Shown here: positions 18,027-30,300 of the stretch, piece by piece
How positions within the stretch are numbered: the first letter of the stretch is position 1
How the letters are laid out: each line of letters begins with the position of its first letter
IMG/VR virus record: IMGVR_UViG_3300045988_115217
Origin: a virus
Direction: 5' to 3' (one strand)
Length of the DNA stretch: 64,000 nucleotides
The notes under the pieces: model-generated
What the model was told of the DNA's origin: nothing
The model's database searches: none
Seen by the model: only the letters and a program-made list of their open reading frames with translations
Program-made: the position numbers and the translations under genes

Positions 18027-21000
18027 ATGGCAGAAGATATTTTGGGTATATCAGCGCATTTTGACGCAAACGATATGTTGCAAACATTTGATACGCTGAC
18101 AAAACGACTTGATAAGCTAGGTATTGACACAACAAACTTGCAAAACAAGTTAAATGGTGCGTGGAACGAAATCACAACAAGCACAAACTTGAATAGCGAG
18201 AAAACGCAAAAAGCGTTTAAGGTGATAGCTGACGCAATGGCTACCTATCAGAAGCAGATGGAGAATACTCCGCAAGCCATAAAGCAAGTAAATGAAGAGA
18301 TAACCAAGGCGATGTCTTCAATAGAAAGCTTGAAATCTCGCATTTCTAAAACTCAGACAGGTACGGCAGAATGGAACGATTTAAACAAGACGTTAGAGGG
18401 ACACGAGAAAACACTCGGACGCTTAACTAGCACTTACGACAATTTGCAATCCACCTTCTCCGAAACTCAGCAGATGGTTTCGACACTTAATTCTGCTTTT
18501 GACCTTTCAAACGCTGGCAGAAGCATTTCAAACGTAGCCACGGGCGTTAATGCTGGAGCGCACGCAGCCGCAGCCGCAGCGATAGGTACAGAATCAGCCG
18601 CACACGGCGAGAATACCACGAAGATAGGCGAGGAAACACAGAAGGTGCAAGAGAACACCGCGGCAGTACAACAAGCAGCAGAAGCTAGCAAGCAACGAGT
18701 TTCAAACTCAGATGCCGAGGCAGAAGCCATAAAGCGAGTTACAGAACGCTTGCAAGAGGGAAAGGTTTCTGAGGATGAGTATTTGCGCACGAAAGAGGCA
18801 GCAGAAAAATATTTGGATCAACTCAGCCAAGAACGTATTGAGCTATATGAGAAGCAACAACGAGCATACGAAAGATACCAAGACGCATTTAATGAAGGTA
18901 TTGGCGCAGATGATGCAACAAAAGCCGCAGCAAATGCGAAAGCTCACACGTATATTTCTGCTTACAATAACCTTGGAGGACAGGTTAAGGATGCAGATGC
19001 GCAAATCAGAGCAATACAAGAAAGTTTGACCTCATTAAATAGCGCATACGAGAAACTCAACCAGACTAAGCAACAACAGGCACAAGCAACCTCGCAGACG
19101 CAGCAACAGGAGAAAGAGCAGACAGACAAGGAAGCCGATGCCATCAAGGCAAAGACCGAGGAGATTAAACGCTTACAATCTGAATATGCGAAACTTTCAG
19201 AGCAACGTCCGAACTTTTGGGGACTTGGCACAGATATAAAGGAGCAGAAATTTCCTTTTGAAACTCTTATAGAGTGGAACAAACAGACGGGCGAGGCTAG
19301 ACAGAAGATTTACGAAGCAGAAGCAGAACTTGAAAAAATGAAAATCGCCGCCGCCGATGTAAAGAACGAAACCGCCGATATGTGGGCAGGAATGACGAAA
19401 GAAGATATTGCTGGAGTTATCAAAGAGAACGTGGAACAGCTAAAAGTCTTGAAAAGCGAATATCAAGATATTACGAAGGTTTACGGCTCAAATTCTGACG
19501 AGGCGAAGAAGAACAAGCAACAGCAAGAAGAGATAACAAAGGAAATACTTGAAGGCAAGGACCGCTTGAAGGAAATGGGCGTATCTTACGAAGATGTCAC
19601 GAAGCAAGCGAAGAACGCAGCGAAAGCCACAAAAGATATTGGCGATGAAGCGAGCAAGGCAGACGACAAAGCAAAGGGTATCTTTGATAAGTTGAAGTCC
19701 TTTGCTTCAAAGGGCTTGAATCCCGAGAATATTCTTTCCCTTGTTTTCTCGCCAAAGGGAGCAACAATGGCGGGTATTACAGCCGTAGCCGCTGGCTTAA
19801 AGAATCTTTCACAGATTAACGAGCAGTTAGCGGAATCAATGATACCGCTAAAGGCTTACGTTGATGGCGGCACGCTTGAAGAACTGAGAGAGCAGTTTGT
19901 TGCACTTGAATATGATAGCAGCCACTCAGCGGAGGAGATGGCAGCAGGAGCAACACGATGGGTAAAGTACTTTGAGGGTTTGCGTGGAAATGCCGACGCA
20001 ATAGCAGATGTTACAAAGTCTTCAAACGACTTTGCAACCGTGCTTGGAAAAACCTCAAACGAGGCAGCAAGCTATCAGTTGAAGATAGCTGGAGCGTACC
20101 ATCAGACGGCACTTCAAGCGAAAGAGAATAGCACGATTATTATTAATGCTACAAAGAAGAGTACCACAACGTATGACGAAATGGCGCAAGCCTTGGCACA
20201 GACGGCTAATAGAGCACAAAACGCTGGCGTTTCTTTTAAAGAACTCGCAGCCGCCACAAGTTATGGTACAAGCACGTTTGGCAGCGCGAGCGAGGCGGCA
20301 AGCGCATACGTTATGATGATGACCCGACTTTCCGCACAATCAAAGAACGAGTACAACCCGAGCGTAGTGGGTGCGACAAAGGCACTGCAAAACTTGGCGA
20401 AATCTCACGAAATGAATGCACTCCTTACAAGTCTCCTTGGTAAAAGACAGGCTTCCCTTTCAAAAGTATTTGTGCAAGGCGCAGCAAATATTAAGCAGAT
20501 GCAACAGGGTTTGGATGATGAGACAAGCGCAGCAAAAACACTTGCAGGAGCAGAAAGTAAAATTGAAGAACAAGAAAAACGACTTGCAAATGCAAAGAGA
20601 GCACTTGCGCATGAAATAAATGTAAACCTTACACCAGCTTACGCAAATTTTTTGGAGGATTGTAGTAGTGTTATTAAGACTATCGGAAATTGGGGTACAA
20701 CAATTAAGAACTCGTTAAAATCCACGCTGCAATGGATTAATTCGGTGGATAATGCCATCAAAGATAGTACTATCTATAAATTATTCGGTACATCAACCGC
20801 TGAATTAAAAAAAACATCAAAAGGAGGTTTGCGCTTGAATATTGATAAGATATTAAGCGGAAAGGATGAAAATAGCTTTTGGGATAATCATTTTAATGGT
20901 TTTACGGGTAATTTAACTTTGAAAGAATATAATGATAAAAGAAGAAAGAAAATACAAGAAGATTTAAAAAAGATATATAATCAGAATTTGAAGAAATATG

Positions 21001-23858
21001 GCGCAAATTCAGCAGGAAAAGCCATGATGGCAACAATAAAAGCGTACAATCATAATTCAGAGTTTGATTACAAAAGAGGGCTTTTTACAGGAAAAGAAAT
21101 AAATGATTATGTTGCAAAGATGGTAGCAACAACAAGACTGGAGAATAAATCAAAGGTTAGAGGTGAGTCGCTTGCAATCGGCAGCTTTAACGGCATACCT
21201 GACTCTAAAGGCGAAAATAAATTAAAGCAGTTACAGGAACAGCAAAGAAAATTTAGAGAACAAGAAGCAGAGCAAGAAGTAAAAGACCTTGCAAATACCG
21301 AAAAGGTGAAATGGGATTTATATGTCGCAGAAAAGGAAGCAGGAATCGCACGCATGGAGAGCGCAACAGAGAAAGAAGTGGCTCAACACAAGTTAGATTA
21401 CGAAAAACAAAAGCACGCAATCGAAGAAGAGGCGAAGAACCTGCTGCAAACGAATATCGCAGCCGCAAAACAAAAATACGAGAAGAACCCCGACAACAAG
21501 AAAAAGGAGGGTTTTTATGCAAGTGGACTGGATAAGCAAGTCTCTTTAACAAGCGACCAAAAGGCACTCATACAAGCGAAATACGATACACTGAACGCAC
21601 AAGAAAAAGCATACGACCTGCAACAGTTAAAAGCAAAAACACAAAGCCTTTATGATTACTTGAAGGAATACGGAACTTTCAAGGAGCAACAACTTGCAAT
21701 CGCAAAAGAATACGACGAGAAGATAAGAGCCGCAGAATCGCAGGGCGACACATATAAAGTAAAGTCTTTGCAAGCTGAGAAGCAAAAGCAAATTGGCGAT
21801 ACGAAAGCAAAAGAGATAGAAAGCAGAATTGACTACACTAAGGTGTTTGGAGATTTTGGTGTTATTCTGAGAGAGCAGATGGACGATATTTTGAAAAACA
21901 TGAAGGCTTTTTCAAAAACGGACACTTTCAAGGCAAAGCCTATCAATGAGCAAAAGGATTTTCTTTCCCGTATGAATGAGTTATCCAATCAGTACGGCAC
22001 AAGCAAGTGGAAAGATATTAATTTCTCACAACTTGGCAAGCTGATTAATGACTATAATCAGAAGTTAAAGAAGAGAAACGAAGCAGAGGAAAAACTCAAT
22101 GTATCAAGTAAGAATTTGGCAGAAGCACAGGAAGCCTATGAAAATGCGATGAAGAGCGGAAACGATATGCAAAAGCTTGATGCAAAGGGAAAACTCGGAA
22201 ATGCGCAGATAGAGAATGACAACAACAGAAAAGCCTTGGCAGATGCTGATGCCAACCTCGTAGGCGCACAAAGCAACGTAACAGACTCAGCGCAGAAACT
22301 TAGCGGTACTTTAAATTCGCTTGATGCGCTTTTAAACAATATGAAAAGCGGTTCTATTTCTAACGTATGGAACTCTTTCGTGGATTTTGATAAAAAAGTG
22401 AATGGTGGTAAGGCAACACAAGCAGTTACCGACACGGTAGGAAAGGTACTTGGTAAAGCATTTGCAGGCAAATCTGACTTAATATCTCAGATTATCGGAG
22501 CAGTTCTTACTTTGCTTGATACAATCGCAGAGCAAGGAATCGGTGGTATTGTTGGTGGGTTGATAGATAGCGTTTTGGGAGCTATAAATGGTTTGCTTGA
22601 TAATTTATTGAGCGGCAAATTTATGGAGCAAATCGGAGAATCACTCATTAACGGTATTGGTGGAATTATTGATAATGTTATTGGAAAGCTGGGAAGTGTT
22701 CTGTCATTTGGTGCTTTATCCTCGAAAGGTCCGAGCGCATGGTTTGAAAACTCAAACGCAGAAAAGGTAGAGGAAGCAATCAACAACCTTTCAGACAGAA
22801 ATAAGAGTTTGCAACAATCAATAGATGACTTAAACGACACGATGAAGAATAGCAGTGGCGCGAAGTCTGTTGAAGCGTACAAAGAAGCTTACAAGTTACA
22901 GGAAGAGCAAAATGAGAACTACAAAAAGATAGCACAAGAACAGGCTGGTTATCATGGCGCACACGGTTCTTGGAATAAGTATTGGGGCGGTTTTTCGAGC
23001 GAAGAAATAAGTCGAATAAAGGAGATTACTGGTAGAAATGATTTTAGCGGTAACCTTTGGGACTTATCACCCGAAGAAATGAAGAAACTTCGTGGAGGTG
23101 CGATTGATATTTGGGAACGTATCAAAAACACAGGTAAGGGCGGCTACGGTAGTAGATTAACAGATAAACTGGATGATTATATCGACCAAGCCGATAAGTT
23201 GCAAGAACTCACAGACCAAATAAATGAAAGTTTGACACAGGTTTCTTTTTCATCAATGAAAGATGATTTCGTCTCTAATCTGATGGATATGGAAAAGAAT
23301 GCCGAAGATTTTGCAAACGACTTTAGTGAAATGATGCAAAAGTCCGTCTTGCGCTATGATTTGGAGAACCTCCTTAATACTGACTTAAAAAAGTTGTACG
23401 AAAAATGGGGAGCAAAGATGCAAGAGGGTAATTTATCAAAAGATGATATTGATAACCTCAAAAAAGAGTATGACGATTTAGTAAAGAAGGGTATCGAACA
23501 ACGTGATTATTGGGCAAAGATTACTGGCTATACTGGCGAAAGCTCTCAGTCTCAACAAACGGCAACGGGCAAGGGTATTGAGGCTATCACCGCAGACCAA
23601 GCGAGCAGCCTTATCGGTATCGGCTATGCTGTTCAATCTGCTATCGAGGTGGGTAATGAGACAAGAAAGCAAATATCTGTTGATATTTCTTCCTTGCGTA
23701 TCTTCGCAGAACAGACAGCAAACAATATCTCAGAAATGAGAGATATTCAGTATCAAGGGTTGGAACAACTGGAGGCGATAAATAAGAATACTGCACCAAT
23801 TATTCTTATTCGTGAAGACATCGCAAGTATGTATAAATTAATGAAGGAAAATTATTAA
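18027..23858 (+). CDS. tape measure protein (1943 aa)
   Basis: Very long coiled-coil, A/K/E/Q-rich ORF directly after the chaperone pair. Gly-rich hydrophobic segment near residues 1490-1560. Confidence 0.85.
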   Translation: MAEDILGISAHFDANDMLQTFDTLTKRLDKLGIDTTNLQNKLNGAWNEITTSTNLNSEKTQKAFKVIADAMATYQKQMENTPQAIKQVNEEITKAMSSIESLKSRISKTQTGTAEWNDLNKTLEGHEKTLGRLTSTYDNLQSTFSETQQMVSTLNSAFDLSNAGRSISNVATGVNAGAHAAAAAAIGTESAAHGENTTKIGEETQKVQENTAAVQQAAEASKQRVSNSDAEAEAIKRVTERLQEGKVSEDEYLRTKEAAEKYLDQLSQERIELYEKQQRAYERYQDAFNEGIGADDATKAAANAKAHTYISAYNNLGGQVKDADAQIRAIQESLTSLNSAYEKLNQTKQQQAQATSQTQQQEKEQTDKEADAIKAKTEEIKRLQSEYAKLSEQRPNFWGLGTDIKEQKFPFETLIEWNKQTGEARQKIYEAEAELEKMKIAAADVKNETADMWAGMTKEDIAGVIKENVEQLKVLKSEYQDITKVYGSNSDEAKKNKQQQEEITKEILEGKDRLKEMGVSYEDVTKQAKNAAKATKDIGDEASKADDKAKGIFDKLKSFASKGLNPENILSLVFSPKGATMAGITAVAAGLKNLSQINEQLAESMIPLKAYVDGGTLEELREQFVALEYDSSHSAEEMAAGATRWVKYFEGLRGNADAIADVTKSSNDFATVLGKTSNEAASYQLKIAGAYHQTALQAKENSTIIINATKKSTTTYDEMAQALAQTANRAQNAGVSFKELAAATSYGTSTFGSASEAASAYVMMMTRLSAQSKNEYNPSVVGATKALQNLAKSHEMNALLTSLLGKRQASLSKVFVQGAANIKQMQQGLDDETSAAKTLAGAESKIEEQEKRLANAKRALAHEINVNLTPAYANFLEDCSSVIKTIGNWGTTIKNSLKSTLQWINSVDNAIKDSTIYKLFGTSTAELKKTSKGGLRLNIDKILSGKDENSFWDNHFNGFTGNLTLKEYNDKRRKKIQEDLKKIYNQNLKKYGANSAGKAMMATIKAYNHNSEFDYKRGLFTGKEINDYVAKMVATTRLENKSKVRGESLAIGSFNGIPDSKGENKLKQLQEQQRKFREQEAEQEVKDLANTEKVKWDLYVAEKEAGIARMESATEKEVAQHKLDYEKQKHAIEEEAKNLLQTNIAAAKQKYEKNPDNKKKEGFYASGLDKQVSLTSDQKALIQAKYDTLNAQEKAYDLQQLKAKTQSLYDYLKEYGTFKEQQLAIAKEYDEKIRAAESQGDTYKVKSLQAEKQKQIGDTKAKEIESRIDYTKVFGDFGVILREQMDDILKNMKAFSKTDTFKAKPINEQKDFLSRMNELSNQYGTSKWKDINFSQLGKLINDYNQKLKKRNEAEEKLNVSSKNLAEAQEAYENAMKSGNDMQKLDAKGKLGNAQIENDNNRKALADADANLVGAQSNVTDSAQKLSGTLNSLDALLNNMKSGSISNVWNSFVDFDKKVNGGKATQAVTDTVGKVLGKAFAGKSDLISQIIGAVLTLLDTIAEQGIGGIVGGLIDSVLGAINGLLDNLLSGKFMEQIGESLINGIGGIIDNVIGKLGSVLSFGALSSKGPSAWFENSNAEKVEEAINNLSDRNKSLQQSIDDLNDTMKNSSGAKSVEAYKEAYKLQEEQNENYKKIAQEQAGYHGAHGSWNKYWGGFSSEEISRIKEITGRNDFSGNLWDLSPEEMKKLRGGAIDIWERIKNTGKGGYGSRLTDKLDDYIDQADKLQELTDQINESLTQVSFSSMKDDFVSNLMDMEKNAEDFANDFSEMMQKSVLRYDLENLLNTDLKKLYEKWGAKMQEGNLSKDDIDNLKKEYDDLVKKGIEQRDYWAKITGYTGESSQSQQTATGKGIEAITADQASSLIGIGYAVQSAIEVGNETRKQISVDISSLRIFAEQTANNISEMRDIQYQGLEQLEAINKNTAPIILIREDIASMYKLMKENY

Positions 23859-23861
23859 AGC

Positions 23862-24308
23862 ATGAAGAATCAGGCATTTATAAAAATGGTTGGCGAGGCT
23901 GATACAGCCTACGCTGACCTTGATACTTTCGGAGTAACGCTTATTAAAGGATGGAGAGAGGCATTATTAACTCCGACATCTGTTAAAAGCTATGTAACGA
24001 ATGATAGCAGATTGGAACATGGAGAAAGCATTATTGCTACGAAAAAGTATGCAAAGAAAGCAAAGCGTGATGTAAGTATATCTTTCTTCTTGGAAGGTTC
24101 TTCGGAAGAGGATTATCTCGCAAAATACGAAACATTCCTTGACACAATTGCATATTCGGGGCAATTTTGTCTAAAAGTTCCCTGTTTAAAGAGGGTCTTT
24201 AAACTTGTTTATTCACAATGCTCACAATTTGGCGATTATGGATTAAAAAAAGGTAAATTTGTCCTTAAATTGACAGAGTCTAATCCAAATGATAGAGAAA
24301 AGTTATGA
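23862..24308 (+). CDS. putative distal tail protein
   Basis: Immediately downstream of the tape measure. Assigned by synteny only. Confidence 0.35.
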   Translation: MKNQAFIKMVGEADTAYADLDTFGVTLIKGWREALLTPTSVKSYVTNDSRLEHGESIIATKKYAKKAKRDVSISFFLEGSSEEDYLAKYETFLDTIAYSGQFCLKVPCLKRVFKLVYSQCSQFGDYGLKKGKFVLKLTESNPNDREKL

Positions 24309-27300
24309 TTAATATCTATGATGTGAACGGTAAAGTGCTTATGCAAGCAGAGATAACCAGCTCGGCTATTAGAGTGGAAGAATTATCTAAATCAGATTAT
24401 ATCTCCCTCTCATGGAATAGTGCTGAAAAGGTTATCTTGCCTGCTGGAGCATACATTGTACATAAATACAAGATTGATAAAGTAAGAGAAGTTACCCGTC
24501 AGTTTCTTCTCTTGGAATCTTACGAGCCTACACAGAGCGACGAAATGTCTTGGAAATATACGCCAGAGTTTCAGCACCAGAAGATGGTTCTTTCTAAAAA
24601 GCCTTTCTTTATTCGCACAAGAAACTCAAAGAATGAAGTTATAAAGCAATATGACTTCGATTTCTTCGGAACAATGGTTACGATAGCCGATAGGCTCAAA
24701 GATTTTTTGAATAATGAGCTTAAATTCGGTAACGCAGGATGGGTAATCAATTACGACATAACTAATACGAATGCTATTAATGTATCCTTTAGCGATAATG
24801 ATTTTATGTCAGCGCTTACGGCTATCACAAATGCTATCGGAGATAATTGTGAATGGCATATTGATTACGATAACGAAACTATACATATCGGTAATGTGCT
24901 TCGTGATGATTTACCTATCGTTACATTAAAGGTCGGAGAAAATGTAGGTATTCCTTCTATTACTAATAGCAAGGAGGATTACTATAACGCTTTTGCTGTG
25001 TTTGGCGGCACTCGCAATATTACACAAGTTAACGATAAGGGGGAAAATATTTCTTCTTCGGATATAAAATTGCAACTATCTAAAGGTAGTGGAACAACAG
25101 AAATTGACGGAAAGAAGCTTTCTTATTCTATTGACGAGTTCTCTACTATCGATATGAGACAGAATAAGAATGAGCAACTTTTTATTAAGATACTCAATTT
25201 TGCTCAGATATACCCTTCGCTTAATACTTATGTGTATAATGTGCGAGGGAGGGAAAAATATGTGTTACAAGATGGAAATAAAATACCTCTTACGTATAAT
25301 GCTGACGGGTCAGTAAAGACATATAAAACGTTTACTGTATGGTATGTTCGTATGGCTTATCCAACAACCGAAAAGATAGCAGACAAGAAGCTTGTTAATA
25401 CAACTGTTGACAATGGTGTTACTCATTATTGGTACGACTTTGAGGTAACCGATGATTTGCTTATTAATGGCAAGAATATCGGATGCTCCTTTGAGGCGAA
25501 TTTTAATGAAGGAGCATTATCTACTCCTCTTGCAGGTCGTGGAACTAATGGTGATTATGTAGGCTTTGAGCTTACATATCACAAAGAAGCATCATCTACT
25601 CATACGACAGACGATGTTGATAGCTCTAATTTTGCAGTTCTGGCTGGTGATTTTGAGATTATCTATCAGGAGGATAATGACCTTATCATACCTACGAATG
25701 CAAAAGATATGATAATTCCGAAAGGCGAAAGTCTGCCATCTTACAAGTGTAATATTACTGTGCTTTACAATATCGCAATGACAGAGAGTATTTATACAGA
25801 AGATGCTCAAAAAAGGCTTTTAGATGCTGCAATGAAGGAAATAAAAAGGTTGCTTTCCGACTTGAATAACTATTCAGTTAAGTCTTATCCGCAAGTATTT
25901 GAAGCAAAGAATCCTTGCTTACAGATTGGTCAGAAGGTTGTGTATGATGACGGAAACGGCTATCAGCTTAATACTCGTGCTCAAAAGATTACTACGAATA
26001 TCGATTTTGAATTTGTGCAAGAAATCACGGTAGGAAATGAGGTTATCAAAGGTAATACGGCACAGCTTAAAGAAGATGTAAAGGAGATAATTGCATCAGG
26101 TGGCTCTGGTTCAGGGGGCGGTGGAAATTATACAACCTCGCAATTAAAGAATCTTATCGGTAAATATGGTACTGGCTATTTTGTTTCAAAGCTTTTTGAT
26201 GACACCGCAAATGGCAAGATAACCTTTATTAAAGGTCTTGTTGCCAAAGCTCTTGCAGATTTGGCGATGGGAGCGACGTTCGGCAACAGCGCTAAGATTA
26301 CGGAGCTTGGCGAGGCGGTATTTAGCGCTATCAAGTCTCTCGATTACGATAATGCGGCTGAACAAGGCTTCTCTGTCGAAAAGGAGAAGAACGGCAAGTA
26401 TCATGCGTTTTTCACCAACCTCACAATTTGGGGTAAGGCGATATTCCACGAATTAGAGATACGCAAGCTGTCTTATTCGGGGGGCAACATCTATTTATCT
26501 GGAGCAGGAAGTAAGCTTGTCAGAGTTGTGCCTGTCAAGAAATTGGTATCTGATGGTGGTGTGACAACTTGGGTGAAAACGACTGAGGATGATGTGGAAT
26601 GTGTTGGTTGGAAATGCTACCTCTTAGCTGACAACGGAACTACTGCTACAATGAATTACTGGCAGGAGGGCGACCAAGTGCGCTGTCAGACTATTGGAGA
26701 GATTGCGGCTGGAGGAACATATAGTGATGTAAGTAATAAGAGCTATTGGCGTACTATCCCTGATGGTGGTGTATCTACACAAAATGAGAAGATATACGGC
26801 ACGAAGCTGGAAACTTACCTTGATGAGGATGGCAACGAGCAGACGAAAGAAGTACAGGTGGAATTGTACGATGGACAGGCGTTTGCTTGGATTGTGATAG
26901 GTAAGCATTGTGGTGACATTGATGGTTACGACGATGAGTTTAGTGTGGGTTACAATGGCTCTAACCCTGCACCTTTGGAGACGAGAGACATTCCTTCGGC
27001 TGGCGATACTATTGTGCTTGACGGTAACAGACATCGTAATGAACACGGTGAGTATGACAAGACAGACAGACAGAACGTGATTATCTTAGAGACAACTGGC
27101 GAATATGCTCCTCGTATCGCTTGTTATGCTAATATCTCTGAGTATAAGCATACTATCACTAAAAGCGTGAATGGTAGTGATAAAGAGGTATCTCTGTCGG
27201 TATTTGAGACTTCACCAAAAGGTGGAACGAAAATCAACTCATCACGCTTTGAATGGATTTCGGATGATGGCAGTACTATCAACATCATCAACTATCGTGG

Positions 27301-30300
27301 TGACTGGGAAGAAAACAATACCTATCATAAGAACGACCAAGTAAATTACAATAACGCCGTATGGGTGTGTGTTGCTAATTCAGGGGTTGATGTCGCTGAC
27401 AAGCCTTCCGAGGGTTCATCTAACTGGAAAAAAGTCCTTTCTGGTGGCAAAGGCGAGAAAGGTGATGATGCAGTTAGCTATTCCGTGAGCCTTATGAAGG
27501 AATTGAGAACAATCGCAGGTCATAGCAATCAATCCGCTGTAACTGTTAGTTTCCGTAAGCAGGAAGGCAGTAAGAGTACCGTTTCTGGAAACATTGCGAC
27601 TTTTGGTGATTCGGCTTCTGTAAAATGCTATATTGATGGTGAGCGTAGCGATAATATGACAGATTGGATAAATAGCGGAAATGATTACTTCGGCTATTTG
27701 AATTATGAGGATGCTTGGACTGGAAAGTCTGTTATTACTGTCGTTATGTATATCGGTGATAATATCGTTGCTTCTGCCAACTTCTCTCTTGGTCAGAGTG
27801 GTGAGGGTGTCGTAATGGCGTACAAAAATGCTACGTCTCGCCCTTCAAAACCAACTGTTGAAGACTTGTCCCAATTATCTGACGGATGGTCTCGCACACC
27901 TCAGAAAGGTGGGTCTTATCTCAAGGTGGATAATATCAGCTACGGAAGCTTTGATAATGGCGCCAGTTCGTTTGTTGATTCTACATCTAAAAGCTGGACT
28001 GACGTGACAGAAGGTGGTAATTCGTGGAAGAAGTCTCCTTCTGGGCTGTCTGATAACTACGGATGGGCAATAATGAAAGTATCATTTACTACGAATGTAG
28101 ATAATTCGGACGTTAAAGTTACCATCAAGGCTTATTCCGAAGGTAACTATGACTTCGTTCAAGTTCATGCACTTGATACGGAGATAACAGGTTCAAGCAG
28201 CCTTAGGAAGACGGGTGTAGCAGATATATCAGGTAACGGAATAGAAACTTCATATTCTTACCACGTCACTACGACAGGACAGCATTTTTTCTATGTCTCC
28301 TATTGTAAGGACGTCAGCGGTAATAGCAACGGAGACTACGGCTTATTCCGCTTTGACCTATCCGACAATCTTGTCACCTTACCATCAACGGTGTGGATGA
28401 GCCAAGCCACTTTGAAAGACGGAAAGGCTGTACTTCCTTGGTCAGAACCTGTGAAGATAACAGGTGAAGATGCCTACAGAGTCGTGGTTTCTCCATCGGT
28501 GCTCATCTTCGACACTGACGACTACGGAAAAGTTGCTGAGTCATCCCTTGGTGACAAGAAGACTGCGACGATACGAGTGTATCAAGGCGACAAGGATGTC
28601 TCTAAGCAGTTCTCAAAGTATGACAGACTTCCAAGCAACTATTATAATTGCAACGGTAGTCTGAAGGACTTGAATACGTCTCCGTTAGAGATACAGGTGA
28701 CTGAAATAGAAACACAGGTTGTCACTGATACAGAGGGAAACGAAAGTACAATATCCAAGACTAACGGTTTTTTGGAGTTTATTCTCACGAATGCTTCTGC
28801 AACCGTCACGGCTCATGTGGACGTGCAGGTCAACGTTGCCAAGTTCGCTGGTCAGATGGTCAACACCAACAAGCGATTCTCCAACACCTTAACGGAGGTC
28901 GGCAACAAGGTGGATAACAAGATGGATAGCTTTGACCTCAACGAGTTTAAGGCTGAAATTACGCAGACAGCAAGGGAAATCTCACTCTCGGTGAGCGAAA
29001 AGGCTATCGGCAGGAGAAACCTACTTATAGGTAGTGCGGCGAGAAGACAGGGCGAAGGATGGACGTTCATGAGTGGTGATTACTATAACAATCTTCCTTG
29101 TGAATCCATAGAGATAAACAGCGGACACGAGGGCGTGAATGCAATACATTGCCGAACCAAGCAGACGGGAACTAATTCATATTACATGTGCGGTTTCCGA
29201 TGGGTAGGCACGTCTTCTTCACAAGGCAACATCAAGCTAAAGAAAGGCAAGAGCTACACTTTGTCCTTCTGGGCGAAGGCGTACAACTCTGGCTATGTCA
29301 AATTTATATCGGAACTGATATGGCAAGGGAGCGCAACCGACAATTCCCGACCTGCTGGTTATACTGGTCCTAAAGGATTCTTAACGACGCAGCAAGCGAC
29401 GAAAAGCAACACTTGGACGCAGTTTAAGGTAAACATCGAGGTTCCTTCCTCCGCATCCTATGAGTATGTAGAGGTCAACATCTTTGCGAGAGCAACAAAC
29501 TACACCTTGCAGGATGCCTACATCTGCAAGCCTATGCTCGAAGAAGGTGATTATAATGGCTGGACGCTATCGGAACAGGATTACGACTATGTGGGAGGAA
29601 ACTTACTCGATAATACGAGGACGCTGACTGTGGGCGGAAATCTTAACGACGTAAGCGAAAGCACCATTATCTCGCAAGGATATGGGTACGATAGTGCCGT
29701 AGCCCATGCGGACAACAGCAGCGGCTCGTCTTACAAGGAGATATTGAGATGGGGAACCACGTCTGGCGGCAATGTGTCATTCCAGAAAGGAAAAGACTAT
29801 CTCTTGTCGTTCTTGGCAAATGGCAGCGGTAGGATGACCTGTTATCTCTATTGTAGTGCGAACAACACATCCAGCATCTACTCGGAGAACAACCAAGGGT
29901 ATGTGACGAACAACGCCGCCGACGGAGCATCGAATTTTACCCTATCATCGGGGTGGAAACGATACTGGGTGCATTTCCGTGTATTGACGGATTCTCCACT
30001 GCCTACTGATATATTAATGAGAGCAGTAATCGGCACAAACGTCTATGTAGCTCAACCCAAGCTGGAGGAGGGTGCGACCATGACGGAGTACACCGAGCGC
30101 AAAAGTGAGCTTGTGGATAAGGCGAGTCTGAAGGCAGCGGGTATTGTTGTTGACTCTGAATCTGTCACGCTTTACGGCAATCAGGTACACATCAAGAAGA
30201 ACAAGACTGATGCAAACGATACCGTGCTTATCGACAATAATACTGGTACTATATCGGCAGGGCTGATAAAAGCCGATGAAGTCGTGGCGAGAGGTATTAA

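Noticed and set aside
18467-23672. Multiple antisense or alternative-frame ORFs inside the tape measure gene (e.g. 18467-18790, 22136-22471, 22487-22882)
   Set aside because: They are embedded in a continuous 1943-aa ORF, have low-complexity composition and lack initiation signals.
23856-23864. Readthrough of the TMP stop into the next gene, since both are in the same frame (TAA AGC ATG)
   Set aside because: The downstream gene has its own ATG 3 nt after the stop. Sharing a phase has a one-in-three chance.
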